From positions 21,437 through 85,436 of the forward strand of contig JAOAJX010000002.1 in assembly GCA_026413945.1 (NCBI GenBank): a stretch of 64,000 bases of DNA. Direction: 5' to 3'. The notes under the pieces were generated by a model. That model saw only the letters and a program-made list of their open reading frames with translations, was not told where the DNA came from and searched no databases. A program made the translations under genes and the position numbers. Shown piece by piece: positions 47,143-57,129 of this stretch (positions are counted from its first letter, which is position 1; each line of letters begins with the position of its first letter). Source of the stretch: Candidatus Iainarchaeum sp. GTDB lineage: Archaea; Iainarchaeota; Iainarchaeia; Iainarchaeales; DTGL01.

Positions 47143-49503
47143 ATGCTTACAAAAGAAAATGTGTTTCTAGCAGGAATTTTTATCGTGCTTTTTCTCAGTG
47201 CACTTAGCAGCACCTACTGGCATAGCTTCTCTTACAAGCAGCCAACTATTTCCATAGCCCTTTACTATTTTGACAAAAAGGCCGAAGATGTTACATGCGC
47301 AGAAGTTCTTCTCATTTCTCAGGATACGGGTGCACTCAAAAAAGAGTTACGCCTTTATATTGACTCAAAGGAAATGATAAGAAAAAACATAACTATTGAA
47401 GAAAACAAAACAAAAAAAGAAACACTTTGCGCTGACATAAGATTGCTTAGCGAGGGCAAGCATTTTGCTGAAATCGTGTTGGAAGATAAAAGGCTATTTT
47501 ATTATTTTGAGAAGCGGCAAAACTCTGAAAAGCAATTCAACCACAAAATCAATATAATTTCTATTGAAAAAGATAATATCTTTTTTGAAGTAGACAATTT
47601 TCCTGATTCAGTATATGCGCCAGTGGAAATTTCAGTAAATGGTGTGCTAGAGAAAGTTGTTTATCCCTCCAAGCCAAATGAAAGTTTTAAGGAAAAAATA
47701 AGGCTGAATGACGGAAAAAATATTGTAGAGGTAAGTGCGCTAGGCCTAAGCGCTTTCACTGAGTTTGAGAAGAAAAAAGGCACAGATATGCTGCTTTTCT
47801 TAGGATTTTTGCTCTTAGTCTGTGGTGTCTTTGTATTTAGCCGCTTTGTTTTTGTAAAGACAGAGATCTTTAAAAGATTTGCTATGGCAATTTTTGCAAA
47901 TAATTCATTGCTAATTTTGCTCGGTCTAATTTTGGGTTTTTTTAAAATCTTCAACTTGTATTTTCTTGCATTATCATATACATCAGCCATTGTTATTGTT
48001 GCGTTGATATTCAGAAAAAATTTCTCATGTGCTGATGAAAGAGTAAAGATTAGGAATATACTGAATAATGTTAGCGTAGAAACACTGGTTTTACTTGGCT
48101 TTTTCTTGTATATTTGCCTATTCTATCAGTGGTTTACGCCAAGCCACACAACCAATTTCAATGCTTTTTATGAGAGGGGGACCAAAAAAATAATTGAAAA
48201 TTCAGGGGTTCCGCAAATAGATGAGCAAAGTTATCTTGGAAGACCCTTCACCTTCATTCCTGGCTATTTCTATCTTGAAGGTGCATTTTCAATTCTTTTA
48301 GGTATTGACGGAACAACATTGTTTGCATTCACTTCAACCTTGGCTACGATATTTTTCTTGTTTTCTTCAATTGCTTTTGCAAAAGCCATAGGAATAAAAA
48401 AGGCTGCAATTATGCTTCCAATATTTCTCGTTATGAATACACTCATTTTTACCTTCATCACACTTACACCAAGGCACATTATAGCATTTTCTTTCCTGCT
48501 AGTAGCACTTGTTCTTTTTGCAGAGAAGAAATGGCCTCTTGCATCTGCAGCCATATTTGTTGGAATGCTGATACAGATCCCTATGGCTTTGTTCTATCTA
48601 ATTTCTGCTATTTTTATTGGGCTTTTCATCAATCGTGGAATAAGATTGAAAGAGCTTACCAAAATAGTGCTAAAACCATTCTTGTTTGCTTTCGCATTTT
48701 TTTGCATTGCTTATGCAATGCTCTTCTTTAGGGCAGGTATTCCCTATCAAATAATGTCAGAGGATTGGGGCTACCTGATAAGGTTTGGGCCTGCAATACT
48801 ATTTGTAGAGCCAGGAATTCTTCTTTTTTTCTTTTTATTGCTTATTATGCTTGAAAGCCTATGGCTTCTAAGGAAAGAAACAAAACTAACCAGGGAGAAG
48901 AAAATACTTATTTTGGCCTGCTTTTTGGCTATGGCAATGCAATCTGCAATAAGCCAGCGTTTCAATGTTTTGAGTGCATTGTTTACTGCTCTCTTTGCAG
49001 CCTTTTTTTTAGAGTATTATAAAAGCAAATTCACAGAGCTTTTTACTGCTGCAATTGCGCTTTTGCTGATGGTTGGGCTTTACCTTGCACTTATTTTAGT
49101 ACATGGTTTTACAACAAACATGCAAGCGCAAGCAGGAGTAGCATATCTTGCAAAGTATTCTAGTGATTCGGAAAGAGTTCTTACAGATCCGCTATACGGC
49201 CATGTGATAGAAATGCATGCTGGCAAAAAAGCGCTAGCTGACCTAATGGTAGAATATGCAGATGAGCAAAAGCTGATGGATTCTTATAAATTCTTAAAAG
49301 AAGAGGAATATGGCATCTTGGAAAAATACAACATAGCGCTTGTTTTTAGCGAGCGCTTCGTAATAAACGAGAAAGTAATTGGAAATGAGCAGCTTACAAA
49401 AGAGCTTGAGTTCAAAAGTATGGCGAAGATTTTTGTGAATGACAAGGTAGCAATACACCGATTTCTAAAACAAAAAGAACTTGCTAAAGATCGTCTATCT
49501 TGA
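47143..49503 (+). CDS. GT-C fold (STT3/AglB-like) membrane glycosyltransferase
   Basis: Many TMs, loop PQIDEQSYLGRPFTFIPGY, C-terminal soluble domain with VLTDPLYGHVI. Confidence 0.55.
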   Translation: MLTKENVFLAGIFIVLFLSALSSTYWHSFSYKQPTISIALYYFDKKAEDVTCAEVLLISQDTGALKKELRLYIDSKEMIRKNITIEENKTKKETLCADIRLLSEGKHFAEIVLEDKRLFYYFEKRQNSEKQFNHKINIISIEKDNIFFEVDNFPDSVYAPVEISVNGVLEKVVYPSKPNESFKEKIRLNDGKNIVEVSALGLSAFTEFEKKKGTDMLLFLGFLLLVCGVFVFSRFVFVKTEIFKRFAMAIFANNSLLILLGLILGFFKIFNLYFLALSYTSAIVIVALIFRKNFSCADERVKIRNILNNVSVETLVLLGFFLYICLFYQWFTPSHTTNFNAFYERGTKKIIENSGVPQIDEQSYLGRPFTFIPGYFYLEGAFSILLGIDGTTLFAFTSTLATIFFLFSSIAFAKAIGIKKAAIMLPIFLVMNTLIFTFITLTPRHIIAFSFLLVALVLFAEKKWPLASAAIFVGMLIQIPMALFYLISAIFIGLFINRGIRLKELTKIVLKPFLFAFAFFCIAYAMLFFRAGIPYQIMSEDWGYLIRFGPAILFVEPGILLFFFLLLIMLESLWLLRKETKLTREKKILILACFLAMAMQSAISQRFNVLSALFTALFAAFFLEYYKSKFTELFTAAIALLLMVGLYLALILVHGFTTNMQAQAGVAYLAKYSSDSERVLTDPLYGHVIEMHAGKKALADLMVEYADEQKLMDSYKFLKEEEYGILEKYNIALVFSERFVINEKVIGNEQLTKELEFKSMAKIFVNDKVAIHRFLKQKELAKDRLS

Positions 49504-50893
49504 TATCGGTATTAATATTATTTTTATTATCTGGGTGTACTTCTTTTTTCTTGTATTCAACTACAACTTTGTTTTCATTTACACTATTCAGCCCCAACTC
49601 CTTATCATGTAAATCATCAGAATTGCTGCCTTCACTTTTTCTACTTTTGTCTGCTTTGCTTATAGGTTCGGCCTTTATTGGTTTTTTACTTGATCTGAGA
49701 GTGAAAATTAAATAAGCTGATAGGCATATTATACAAAAAATAGCCATAGCAATCATTACAGTTGGATCAAAGATACTTGGCTCCGAAAAATATACTTTAA
49801 AATAGGATTCTGCTTCGAGAGTTGGCTCTTTTATACGAAGCACTATTGTTTTTTCCCCAGTCTTTTCTTTTATAGGTTTGGAGAAGTCGAATTTGTATAG
49901 ATTTTCCTTAATTCTTACTAAATTCCCATCTGTTTTGTTGCCATCAATCTCAACCTCGGCTCCAATCGTGCCATATTCAATTGGCACACCATCTTTGCTT
50001 ATTCTCACTTCTATGTAGCTAAGTATCTCCTTAACAGGACTATTTTTTGGATACTCAACTGATATTTCTATGCTAGATTTTTGAGCAGGTGTCTGGGTTT
50101 TTTGCCGAATAGGTGACGGTGAGATTATTGGCTTGGGAGACTTGCTTGGAGTTTGTTTTGCATCTGGTGTAAGCAAAGGTGTCTTAGCTGTGGTTTCTGC
50201 AGGTGATTTGCTCGGAGATGTTGGTTGTGTATTGAAAGGTTGATATCCAGATGGGGTGTTTTTTACAGGCGTTGGACTTTTTGTTGGGCTTAGAGTGTAT
50301 TTTGGTGTTGGTGAAACCTTTGCTGTGGGGCTTGGTGTTAATCTTGGAGTAATAGTTATTTTTGGCGTTGGTGTTTGGCGTGGTGTTAAATTTGGAGTTT
50401 TAGTTGGTGTTGGATTCGGTTTTACTGTTGGTGTGATTGAAGGTTCAATGCTAGGGGTTATTCTTGGGTTTATTGTTGGCGATGGCTCCAGAACATAGAG
50501 AACCTCAATCACTTTATAAGCTTCGCCAGTATTTGAGCCCATATCTCTAGCACCAACCGTGATGCCTGCGTTAGGACCCCAGCTGTTATCAACAAAAACA
50601 GGATAGCTACAAGTTAAGTAAGAAGAAGTGCCTTCACAAATCATCGTTTCATCATAAACCTTGTATGTTGTTGAGGTCGTTGGTGATTTTATCCTGATAA
50701 AAACGCCTTGAGCAGTTAGGTCATTGTCAGGATCTGAAATATTAGCAACAACATCATTTTTAATCGGCGTGTAAGTGCCAGCAATTAGGCTGTTGTTTTG
50801 TATCTGAACAATTGGCTGTGATTCAGCAAAGCATATTTGCAAAAACAAAAAAATTGAGATAAAAAATGTAACTGCTCTGTTGAACTTTACCAT
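49484..50893 (-). CDS. secreted/anchored protein with Pro/Thr/Ser-rich linker
   Basis: Signal peptide, about 130-aa TP/SP repeat region, C-terminal TM. Confidence 0.8.
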   Translation of the reverse strand: MVKFNRAVTFFISIFLFLQICFAESQPIVQIQNNSLIAGTYTPIKNDVVANISDPDNDLTAQGVFIRIKSPTTSTTYKVYDETMICEGTSSYLTCSYPVFVDNSWGPNAGITVGARDMGSNTGEAYKVIEVLYVLEPSPTINPRITPSIEPSITPTVKPNPTPTKTPNLTPRQTPTPKITITPRLTPSPTAKVSPTPKYTLSPTKSPTPVKNTPSGYQPFNTQPTSPSKSPAETTAKTPLLTPDAKQTPSKSPKPIISPSPIRQKTQTPAQKSSIEISVEYPKNSPVKEILSYIEVRISKDGVPIEYGTIGAEVEIDGNKTDGNLVRIKENLYKFDFSKPIKEKTGEKTIVLRIKEPTLEAESYFKVYFSEPSIFDPTVMIAMAIFCIICLSAYLIFTLRSSKKPIKAEPISKADKSRKSEGSNSDDLHDKELGLNSVNENKVVVEYKKKEVHPDNKNNINTDIKIDDL

Positions 50894-50982
50894 AAAGAAA
50901 AGATATTTTTAACAAATATAATCTTTTCGGTATTGTCTGCTTACAACACAAAATATATAAATAACGGCAAGGCAGTATAAAT

Positions 50983-52041
50983 ATGCCAAAAATAATCGGA
51001 ATGGAATCAAAAAAGATGGGTTTGCCACCCGGTACGCCAATATACATAGGTAAAGGAGCTGCTGGCAAAATAAAAATTGAAGTAATAGATTATTCGGAAA
51101 ATTCCTTTGAGGAAAAAACTCTGGAAAAAGTAGAAGATTGCTTGCCATTTAAAGAGAAAAAAAATGTAACGTGGATAAATGTAGTTGGCATACATGAGAC
51201 GCAAGAGATAGAAAAGATTGCAAATAAGTTTGGAATACATCCATTAACAATCGAAGACATAGTAAATACAAATCAAAGGCCAAAGATGGAAGACTTCGAA
51301 AACTATGTCTTTGTTGTTTTGAAAATGGTTTACTATAGCAACGAGAACCTTAACTTTGAGCAGATTAGCATCATCTTAGGTGAAAACTTTGTATTGACTT
51401 TCCAGGAGAAAGAGGGTGATGTCTTCGGGCTAGTGCGTGAACGAATAAGAAAGAATAAAGGCAAGATAAGAAAGATGGGTTCAGACTACTTAGCATATTC
51501 TCTTGTAGACGCCATAGTGGACAACTACTTTTCAGTCCTTGAGGTCCTTGGAGAAAAAATAGAGCAAATTGAAGATAAACTAATTATAAAACCGGAACAA
51601 AAACAGCTAGTTGCATTACATCAGATAAAAAGGGACTTGCTATTTTTGAGGAGGGCTTCTTGGCCTATGAGAGAAGCAATAGGGCAAATGCACAGAGGCG
51701 GCTCAAAACTAATAACACACACAACTGAGGTTTACTTGCGCGATATATATGACCACACTATACTTATTATAGACACAATCGAAACATACCGAGATATAAT
51801 ATCTGATCTATTTGATATATATCTTTCCAGCATTAGCAATAAACTAAATGAAATCATGAAAGTTTTGACTATAATTGCAACAATATTCATTCCACTAACT
51901 TTTATAACAGGAATTTATGGAATGAACTTTGAACATATGCCTGAGCTTAAATGGGAATATGGATATTACTTAATCCTATTAATTATGGCAATTCTCGGGA
52001 TTTCGATGGCAATTACATTCAAAAAGAGGGGTTGGATATAA
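50983..52041 (+). CDS. corA: magnesium/cobalt transporter CorA
   Basis: GLPPGT, QRPKME, YLRDIYDH, GIYGMNF, MPEL. Confidence 0.95.
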   Translation: MPKIIGMESKKMGLPPGTPIYIGKGAAGKIKIEVIDYSENSFEEKTLEKVEDCLPFKEKKNVTWINVVGIHETQEIEKIANKFGIHPLTIEDIVNTNQRPKMEDFENYVFVVLKMVYYSNENLNFEQISIILGENFVLTFQEKEGDVFGLVRERIRKNKGKIRKMGSDYLAYSLVDAIVDNYFSVLEVLGEKIEQIEDKLIIKPEQKQLVALHQIKRDLLFLRRASWPMREAIGQMHRGGSKLITHTTEVYLRDIYDHTILIIDTIETYRDIISDLFDIYLSSISNKLNEIMKVLTIIATIFIPLTFITGIYGMNFEHMPELKWEYGYYLILLIMAILGISMAITFKKRGWI

Positions 52042-52090
52042 GCATTTTTTTATAAATTTTAGTCTCTGAATCTTTTTATAGAAACAGGGG

Positions 52091-52327
52091 GTGTTTTTGA
52101 TGGTTGGAAGAATAATCATCGGTGGCCTTAGTGCCTTAGCGATTACTATAATAGCTTCGCTGATGCTAATTATTCTCGGCGTAATATACTTTGGTCTAAC
52201 GCTTTGGATAATCAGCATTTCAAGCAAGTTCTTTTTTGGTGCTGTGCCTGGTGCTGACTTTGCGGTGCTTTCAGCAGCTTTGCTTGCAACCGGCGCAATA
52301 ATTGCGGGCGCATTGGAGAAAAAATAA
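52091..52327 (+). CDS. small membrane protein
   Basis: Two to three hydrophobic helices; GGGGGTG SD suggests a start a few codons in. Confidence 0.6.
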   Translation: MFLMVGRIIIGGLSALAITIIASLMLIILGVIYFGLTLWIISISSKFFFGAVPGADFAVLSAALLATGAIIAGALEKK

Positions 52328-52339
52328 TGGTGGCTTAAA

Positions 52340-52924
52340 TTGGCTGAAGATAATAGAAAGGACATTTCTGCAGAGAAAGCTTTATGGCTTTTAAGTCCAA
52401 GGCTAACAGTGCTGGTCACAACCATGAACAAAGAGGGCAAAGTAAATGCTGCACCATTTTCCTTTGTCGGGCCTGTAAGCATAGAGCCGCCTATGTGCTA
52501 TGTTGCTGTCGGTAAAGGAAAAGACACGGAAGCCTTTGCAAAAGAGCTGAAGCAGTTTGTTATAAACCTTGTTTCAGAAGATTTTGCACAGAAAGCAATT
52601 GACTGCGAAGCAAAATTACCTCGAGGAGTAAACGAGCTTCAGGAATTCGGCTTACACATGTGGGCAAGCAAAAAAGTTGTCGTGCCTAGCGTGAAGGAGG
52701 CGCCTGCAACAATTGAATGTGAACTAACCGAAGTAATTGAGCCAAGGGACTCTGATCATTTGCTTCTTATAGGGAAAGTTGTCTGGGGAACCTGTAGATT
52801 CTTTAAGGAAGAGCAAAAGCCAGATTTGGATGCGATGAACCTAATAATGCATGTTGCAAAGGGGCATTTCAGACTTGTTGGTAACAGAATTGACTATGAG
52901 AGGAAAAAATTATGCCAAAAATAA
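52340..52924 (+). CDS. flavin reductase family protein
   Basis: NAAPFSF, KDT, IEC, DHLLLIGKV. Confidence 0.9.
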   Translation: MAEDNRKDISAEKALWLLSPRLTVLVTTMNKEGKVNAAPFSFVGPVSIEPPMCYVAVGKGKDTEAFAKELKQFVINLVSEDFAQKAIDCEAKLPRGVNELQEFGLHMWASKKVVVPSVKEAPATIECELTEVIEPRDSDHLLLIGKVVWGTCRFFKEEQKPDLDAMNLIMHVAKGHFRLVGNRIDYERKKLCQK

Positions 52925-53565
52925 AAGCTGTTTTCAGAGGCCCATTGCTTAGGGAAAGGATGTTGATATACCTGAGGGAAAAAAATAGGGGGACAAGAAG
53001 CTTGAGACATAGGCTTGAACGTGCAAAGAGAATACGCCTTGCCCAATCGATTAAGCACAACCTTGAATTTTTTGATGGAACTTATGACCTAAAAAGGATT
53101 GAGAGGCGCCTTAAAGCAGCAAAAAATCTTAGGGAAAGAATTCCAATCAAAAACCCAGCAATGCATCATAATAAAGGCATAAGACAAATTAGGCGTATTG
53201 AGGCACTTGAGCAAGAAGTTCTTGATCAACTAAAAACTCTTGGAATTGGGCTCTCTTTCGTTGAAGAAAAAGGCGTCATAGTGCCAGTGGTAAGCATACA
53301 TGAAAAAACAACAAGGACGAGTATAACAATCGCTTATGGGATTACAAAAAAAGCAATTGAAAGAAAAAAAGAGCTAATGGCAGGACTGGACAACATTATC
53401 TTAGAGCTATCACTTTCTGCAAGAGAGAGCAGAAAACCGGAATACAGGGATGAAGTAAAGAAATACAGGGATGAGCTCTTGGCAAGGTCATCATTCCTTG
53501 GCAAGCTTGAAATAGTAGATTATGCTCTTTCTATGAGAATGCGAGAAAAAGGCTGGAATAATTAG
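52912..53565 (+). CDS. hypothetical basic protein with MP-starting Arg/Lys-rich N-terminus
   Basis: 217-aa ORF with no recognised motif. Confidence 0.65.
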   Translation: MPKIKAVFRGPLLRERMLIYLREKNRGTRSLRHRLERAKRIRLAQSIKHNLEFFDGTYDLKRIERRLKAAKNLRERIPIKNPAMHHNKGIRQIRRIEALEQEVLDQLKTLGIGLSFVEEKGVIVPVVSIHEKTTRTSITIAYGITKKAIERKKELMAGLDNIILELSLSARESRKPEYRDEVKKYRDELLARSSFLGKLEIVDYALSMRMREKGWNN

Positions 53566-53617
53566 ATTGGCCGCGAGGATCAAAATATTTTTATACTTCT
53601 GAATATTACTATAGAAT

Positions 53618-54109
53618 ATGAGTTTTTGGTATTCCACAGCAACTGATTACTTGGACATCATTGAGATTGCCACCATTTTAATCTTTATTGCTTTACTGAT
53701 TTTGTTTATTCTCATTGATAAGTTAGTAAAGTCAATGGGAAAGATTCAAATAAATCTGGAAAAGATCAGTTTCCTTGAAGGTGAAATCATAAAAGGAAAA
53801 GTAATACTTAAATTAAGGAAACCAATATTTGCAGATAAGCTAGAAATAACATTAGAATGTGTTGATTTTGATGACAAAAAAATCTGCTTAGAAACTTACA
53901 CTATTGCCAATGACCTGGAACTTAAAAGTGGGGAGTATTCTTTTAAGATTCGCATTCCAAACGCAATTATCGAGTCTGTTAGGCATAAAGGTTATTACTA
54001 TAAAAAATGGTTTATCAATGCCAGATTAAAATCACCAAAACTACTCTGCCCATTGTCTTCTTTTGTTGAGATAAATATTCAAGAAGCGCCCCGAAATACC
54101 TCTTTATAA
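53618..54109 (+). CDS. membrane-anchored SpoOM/arrestin N-domain-like protein
   Basis: N-terminal TM, then GKIQINLEKISFLEGEIIKGKVIL..GEYSFKIRIP..WFINARL, similar to the 29325 gene. Confidence 0.65.
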   Translation: MSFWYSTATDYLDIIEIATILIFIALLILFILIDKLVKSMGKIQINLEKISFLEGEIIKGKVILKLRKPIFADKLEITLECVDFDDKKICLETYTIANDLELKSGEYSFKIRIPNAIIESVRHKGYYYKKWFINARLKSPKLLCPLSSFVEINIQEAPRNTSL

Positions 54110-54720
54110 TAATTGCAATATTGCTTTAAACAACAGTGCTCACACCCAGGCCTTTTTGCCTTGCATCTGTTTCTGCCGTGCATAATGAAAAGCTCGTTTA
54201 TTGTGCTCCAAGCATTTTTTGGATATATTTTCATAAGGTCTTTTTCAACAGCAAAAGGTGTCTTTCCTAAACTAAGGCCAAGGCGTTTGCTGACGCGAAA
54301 AACATGTGTATCAACAGCTATGCCTTCAATTTTGCCAAAGGCCTTTGTAAGAACGATGTTAGCAGTTTTTCTTCCAACACCGGGCAGCAGAAGAAGTTCT
54401 TTCATCGTTCTTGGTACTCTGCCTTTGTGCCTCTCTACAATAATCTTTGCAACAGAAACCAAGCGCTTGGCTTTTGTTTTATAGAGGCCAATGCTCTTTA
54501 TAATATGTTCAATATCACAAATATCTGCTATTGCCAAAGATTCTGGCTTTTTATATCTTCTTAGTAGTTTTTTTGCCATGGGGATTGTCTGCTTATCGTT
54601 TGCTTGTGCAGAAAGAATGGTGCTTACAAGTATTTCAAAGCTATTTCTGCCGAGCTCTATTTTAAAATCAGGGTATTCAGATTTAAGCTTTTCAAGAATT
54701 ATCGCCGGCTTTTTATTCAT
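54079..54720 (-). CDS. nth: endonuclease III
   Basis: ILSAQ, HhH LPGVGRKTA, VDTHV, C-x6-C-x2-C-x5-C FeS motif. Confidence 0.95.
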   Translation of the reverse strand: MNKKPAIILEKLKSEYPDFKIELGRNSFEILVSTILSAQANDKQTIPMAKKLLRRYKKPESLAIADICDIEHIIKSIGLYKTKAKRLVSVAKIIVERHKGRVPRTMKELLLLPGVGRKTANIVLTKAFGKIEGIAVDTHVFRVSKRLGLSLGKTPFAVEKDLMKIYPKNAWSTINELFIMHGRNRCKAKRPGCEHCCLKQYCNYYKEVFRGAS

Positions 54721-54781
54721 AATAAAAGCCGCACGGAAAAGAATTTAACCATTTCCGACTTAATAAGGAAGGGGTGGTTTT

Positions 54782-55690
54782 TTGTTGAAAGGCCGAGATC
54801 TTTTAACTCTGATTGATTATAGCCCAAAGGAAATAAAAGAAATAATTGATTTGGGCATAAAGGTTAAAAAAAACCCTAAAAAGTACCAAAATGCGCTTAA
54901 GCAAAAAACGCTTGCAATGCTCTTTATGAAAACCTCGACAAGGACACGGCTGAGCTTTGAAGCAGGCATGACTCAGCTTGGTGGCCATGCAATCTTTTTG
55001 GACTGGCGCACTACTAACCTTACAAAAGGGCGATTAGAAGAAGAAATCCGTTGTATTGACAGATATGTTGACATAATAATGGCAAGGGTTTATAAGCATG
55101 AAGAGATACAAGCAATAGCAAAGGCTGCAGAAAAGCCGGTAATAAATGCTTTATGCGATTTATTCCACCCATGCCAAGCGCTTGCTGATTATATGACAAT
55201 AATTGAGAAGAAAAAGAAGGCAAAAGGCCTTAAGGTTGCTTTTGTTGGGGATGGCAACAACGTTTGCAATTCGCTTACGGTTTGCGGAGCTAAGCTCGGT
55301 GCCAATATTTCCATAGGCACACCTCAAGGATATGAGCCGTTGCCGAGAGCAATAGAAGAAGCAAAGAAGCACTCTGGGGTTGTGCTTTACAATTCGGCAA
55401 AGGAAGCAGTAAAAGATGCAGATGTTGTTTACACTGACACTTGGGTTTCAATGGGCCAAGAAGAAGAAACTGAGAAGAGGCTCAAGGTCTTTCCTTCTTT
55501 CCAAGTAAATAAAGAAATTATGGGGTTTGCAAAAAAAGATGCATTGTTTATGCATTGTCTGCCGGCTCACGTAGGGCAGGAAGTAACTGAAGAAGTTATC
55601 TACAGCAAAAACTCAGTAGTATTTGACCAGGCAGAAAACAGGATGCATGTGCAAAAAGCTTTGATGCTTAAGCTATTAGGAAAAGCTTAG
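54782..55690 (+). CDS. argF: ornithine carbamoyltransferase
   Basis: STRT, HPCQ, DTWVSMG, HCLP. Confidence 0.9.
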   Translation: MLKGRDLLTLIDYSPKEIKEIIDLGIKVKKNPKKYQNALKQKTLAMLFMKTSTRTRLSFEAGMTQLGGHAIFLDWRTTNLTKGRLEEEIRCIDRYVDIIMARVYKHEEIQAIAKAAEKPVINALCDLFHPCQALADYMTIIEKKKKAKGLKVAFVGDGNNVCNSLTVCGAKLGANISIGTPQGYEPLPRAIEEAKKHSGVVLYNSAKEAVKDADVVYTDTWVSMGQEEETEKRLKVFPSFQVNKEIMGFAKKDALFMHCLPAHVGQEVTEEVIYSKNSVVFDQAENRMHVQKALMLKLLGKA

Positions 55691-55697
55691 AATAATA

Positions 55698-56630
55698 TCA
55701 ACGCTTAGCTAACCTTTCCAGTAGAACAACACGTGAATCAGTTCGCTCGGATTTAATCTTATAATTTGAGTTTTCTTCTATGGCTCTGGCAAATTTCCTT
55801 ATTTTTTCCATTTCTGGCATATGCGCTTCAGTCAAACGATCCTTTGAATAACCAACATGCATATATGCTTTGCACTCAACATACTTTGGCTTTGCCTTTT
55901 CAACATAATGCACGAATTCTTGTGGATTTTCAGTGTTGATGTTGTTTATCAGGGTGATCCTTATCACTGTGTTAGTATCCATGCCACGCATAATCTCCAG
56001 CGATCTTTGAATGCGCTGCCAACAATCAGGATCTACTGGTTTGCAAAGCTCCTTGTACTGAATTGGATTAGAAGCTGTGAGTGAGATATATATGTTAGTG
56101 GGTAATTTTCTAAGTTTCTCAAGAGCTTCTGGCACAGTGCCGCTCGTAACAAGATAAACTGACTCAAAATTTAGGGAGTAAAATTCCTCTATAAGCTCTG
56201 CAATCTTGGGATACATGCACGGCTCTCCAGTAAGTGAAATAGCAGCATGCCTTGGAACAAGAGCTTCTTCAAAAAACTTTTTGTCTACTTGCTTGTTGCC
56301 CCTAAAGCCAATCATCAGCTTTCGTCGTTCCTCAATGCAACCGAGTATTATTTCCTTTGGTTCGTCAACAGGCCCAATCCAGCCCTTTGAAAATATTGTT
56401 GTGTCGCGCCAGCAGTGCAAACACCGCTGGTTGCATGTAATTGCTGGGCTCATCTCAAGGCAGTTTGCTGTCTTTATTCCATAGAAAGTCTGCTTATAGC
56501 AAGGTGCATTGCCACGAACAGCTTCTTTTGTCCAATGACAAATTTTAACAGCAGAATGATTCCCAACAGCGCGGTATTGTGCACGATGAAGTTTCGCAAG
56601 CTTCCATTCATCAAGCATTTTCACAGGCAT
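55698..56630 (-). CDS. tyw1: tRNA 4-demethylwyosine synthase (radical SAM)
   Basis: HSAVKICHWT, CYKxxFYGI, CNQRCLHCWR, ISLTGEP, KAYMHVG. Confidence 0.95.
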   Translation of the reverse strand: MPVKMLDEWKLAKLHRAQYRAVGNHSAVKICHWTKEAVRGNAPCYKQTFYGIKTANCLEMSPAITCNQRCLHCWRDTTIFSKGWIGPVDEPKEIILGCIEERRKLMIGFRGNKQVDKKFFEEALVPRHAAISLTGEPCMYPKIAELIEEFYSLNFESVYLVTSGTVPEALEKLRKLPTNIYISLTASNPIQYKELCKPVDPDCWQRIQRSLEIMRGMDTNTVIRITLINNINTENPQEFVHYVEKAKPKYVECKAYMHVGYSKDRLTEAHMPEMEKIRKFARAIEENSNYKIKSERTDSRVVLLERLAKR

Positions 56631-56709
56631 AGAACACAAATATTTAAGAGATGTGGCTTTTATATATTTTTCCAAGCATTTTTTATGTTGTTCATTAGGA
56701 GGTGCTCAC

Positions 56710-57108
56710 ATGACTGAAAAGATGTTTAAGCAAGCAGGCCAGATGAAAGAAGGAAACTACATGATGATAGATGGCGAACCATGCAAAATAAGGGCTATTG
56801 AAAAAAGCAAGCCTGGAAAGCATGGAGCAGCAAAAGTGCGAATAACCGGCTTTGGAGTTTTTGATGACCAAAAGAGAACTTTTTTGGGGCCTGTTGACTC
56901 GGATGTTGAAGTTCCGATCATACAAAGAAGCAACGCAACAGTAGTTGCAGTTATGGGTGACACTGTGCAGATCATGGATTTAAAAACTTATGAAACCATG
57001 AATGCTAAAAAAACGGCTGACCTTGGAAAGCTCGAAAGCGGGGTTGAAGTTGAATACATGCGTTATGGGGATAAAGTAGCGATACTGCGCTCAAAAGCCT
57101 CTGATTAA
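56710..57108 (+). CDS. eif5a: translation factor aIF-5A
   Basis: Hypusine loop SKPGKHGAAK; GGAGGTG SD. Confidence 0.95.
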   Translation: MTEKMFKQAGQMKEGNYMMIDGEPCKIRAIEKSKPGKHGAAKVRITGFGVFDDQKRTFLGPVDSDVEVPIIQRSNATVVAVMGDTVQIMDLKTYETMNAKKTADLGKLESGVEVEYMRYGDKVAILRSKASD

Positions 57109-57129
57109 AAAACATTTAAGGCGAATCGT

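Noticed and set aside
54782-55690. Putrescine carbamoyltransferase, given the nearby DHS gene
   Set aside because: The SMG loop and HPCQ are ornithine-type signatures
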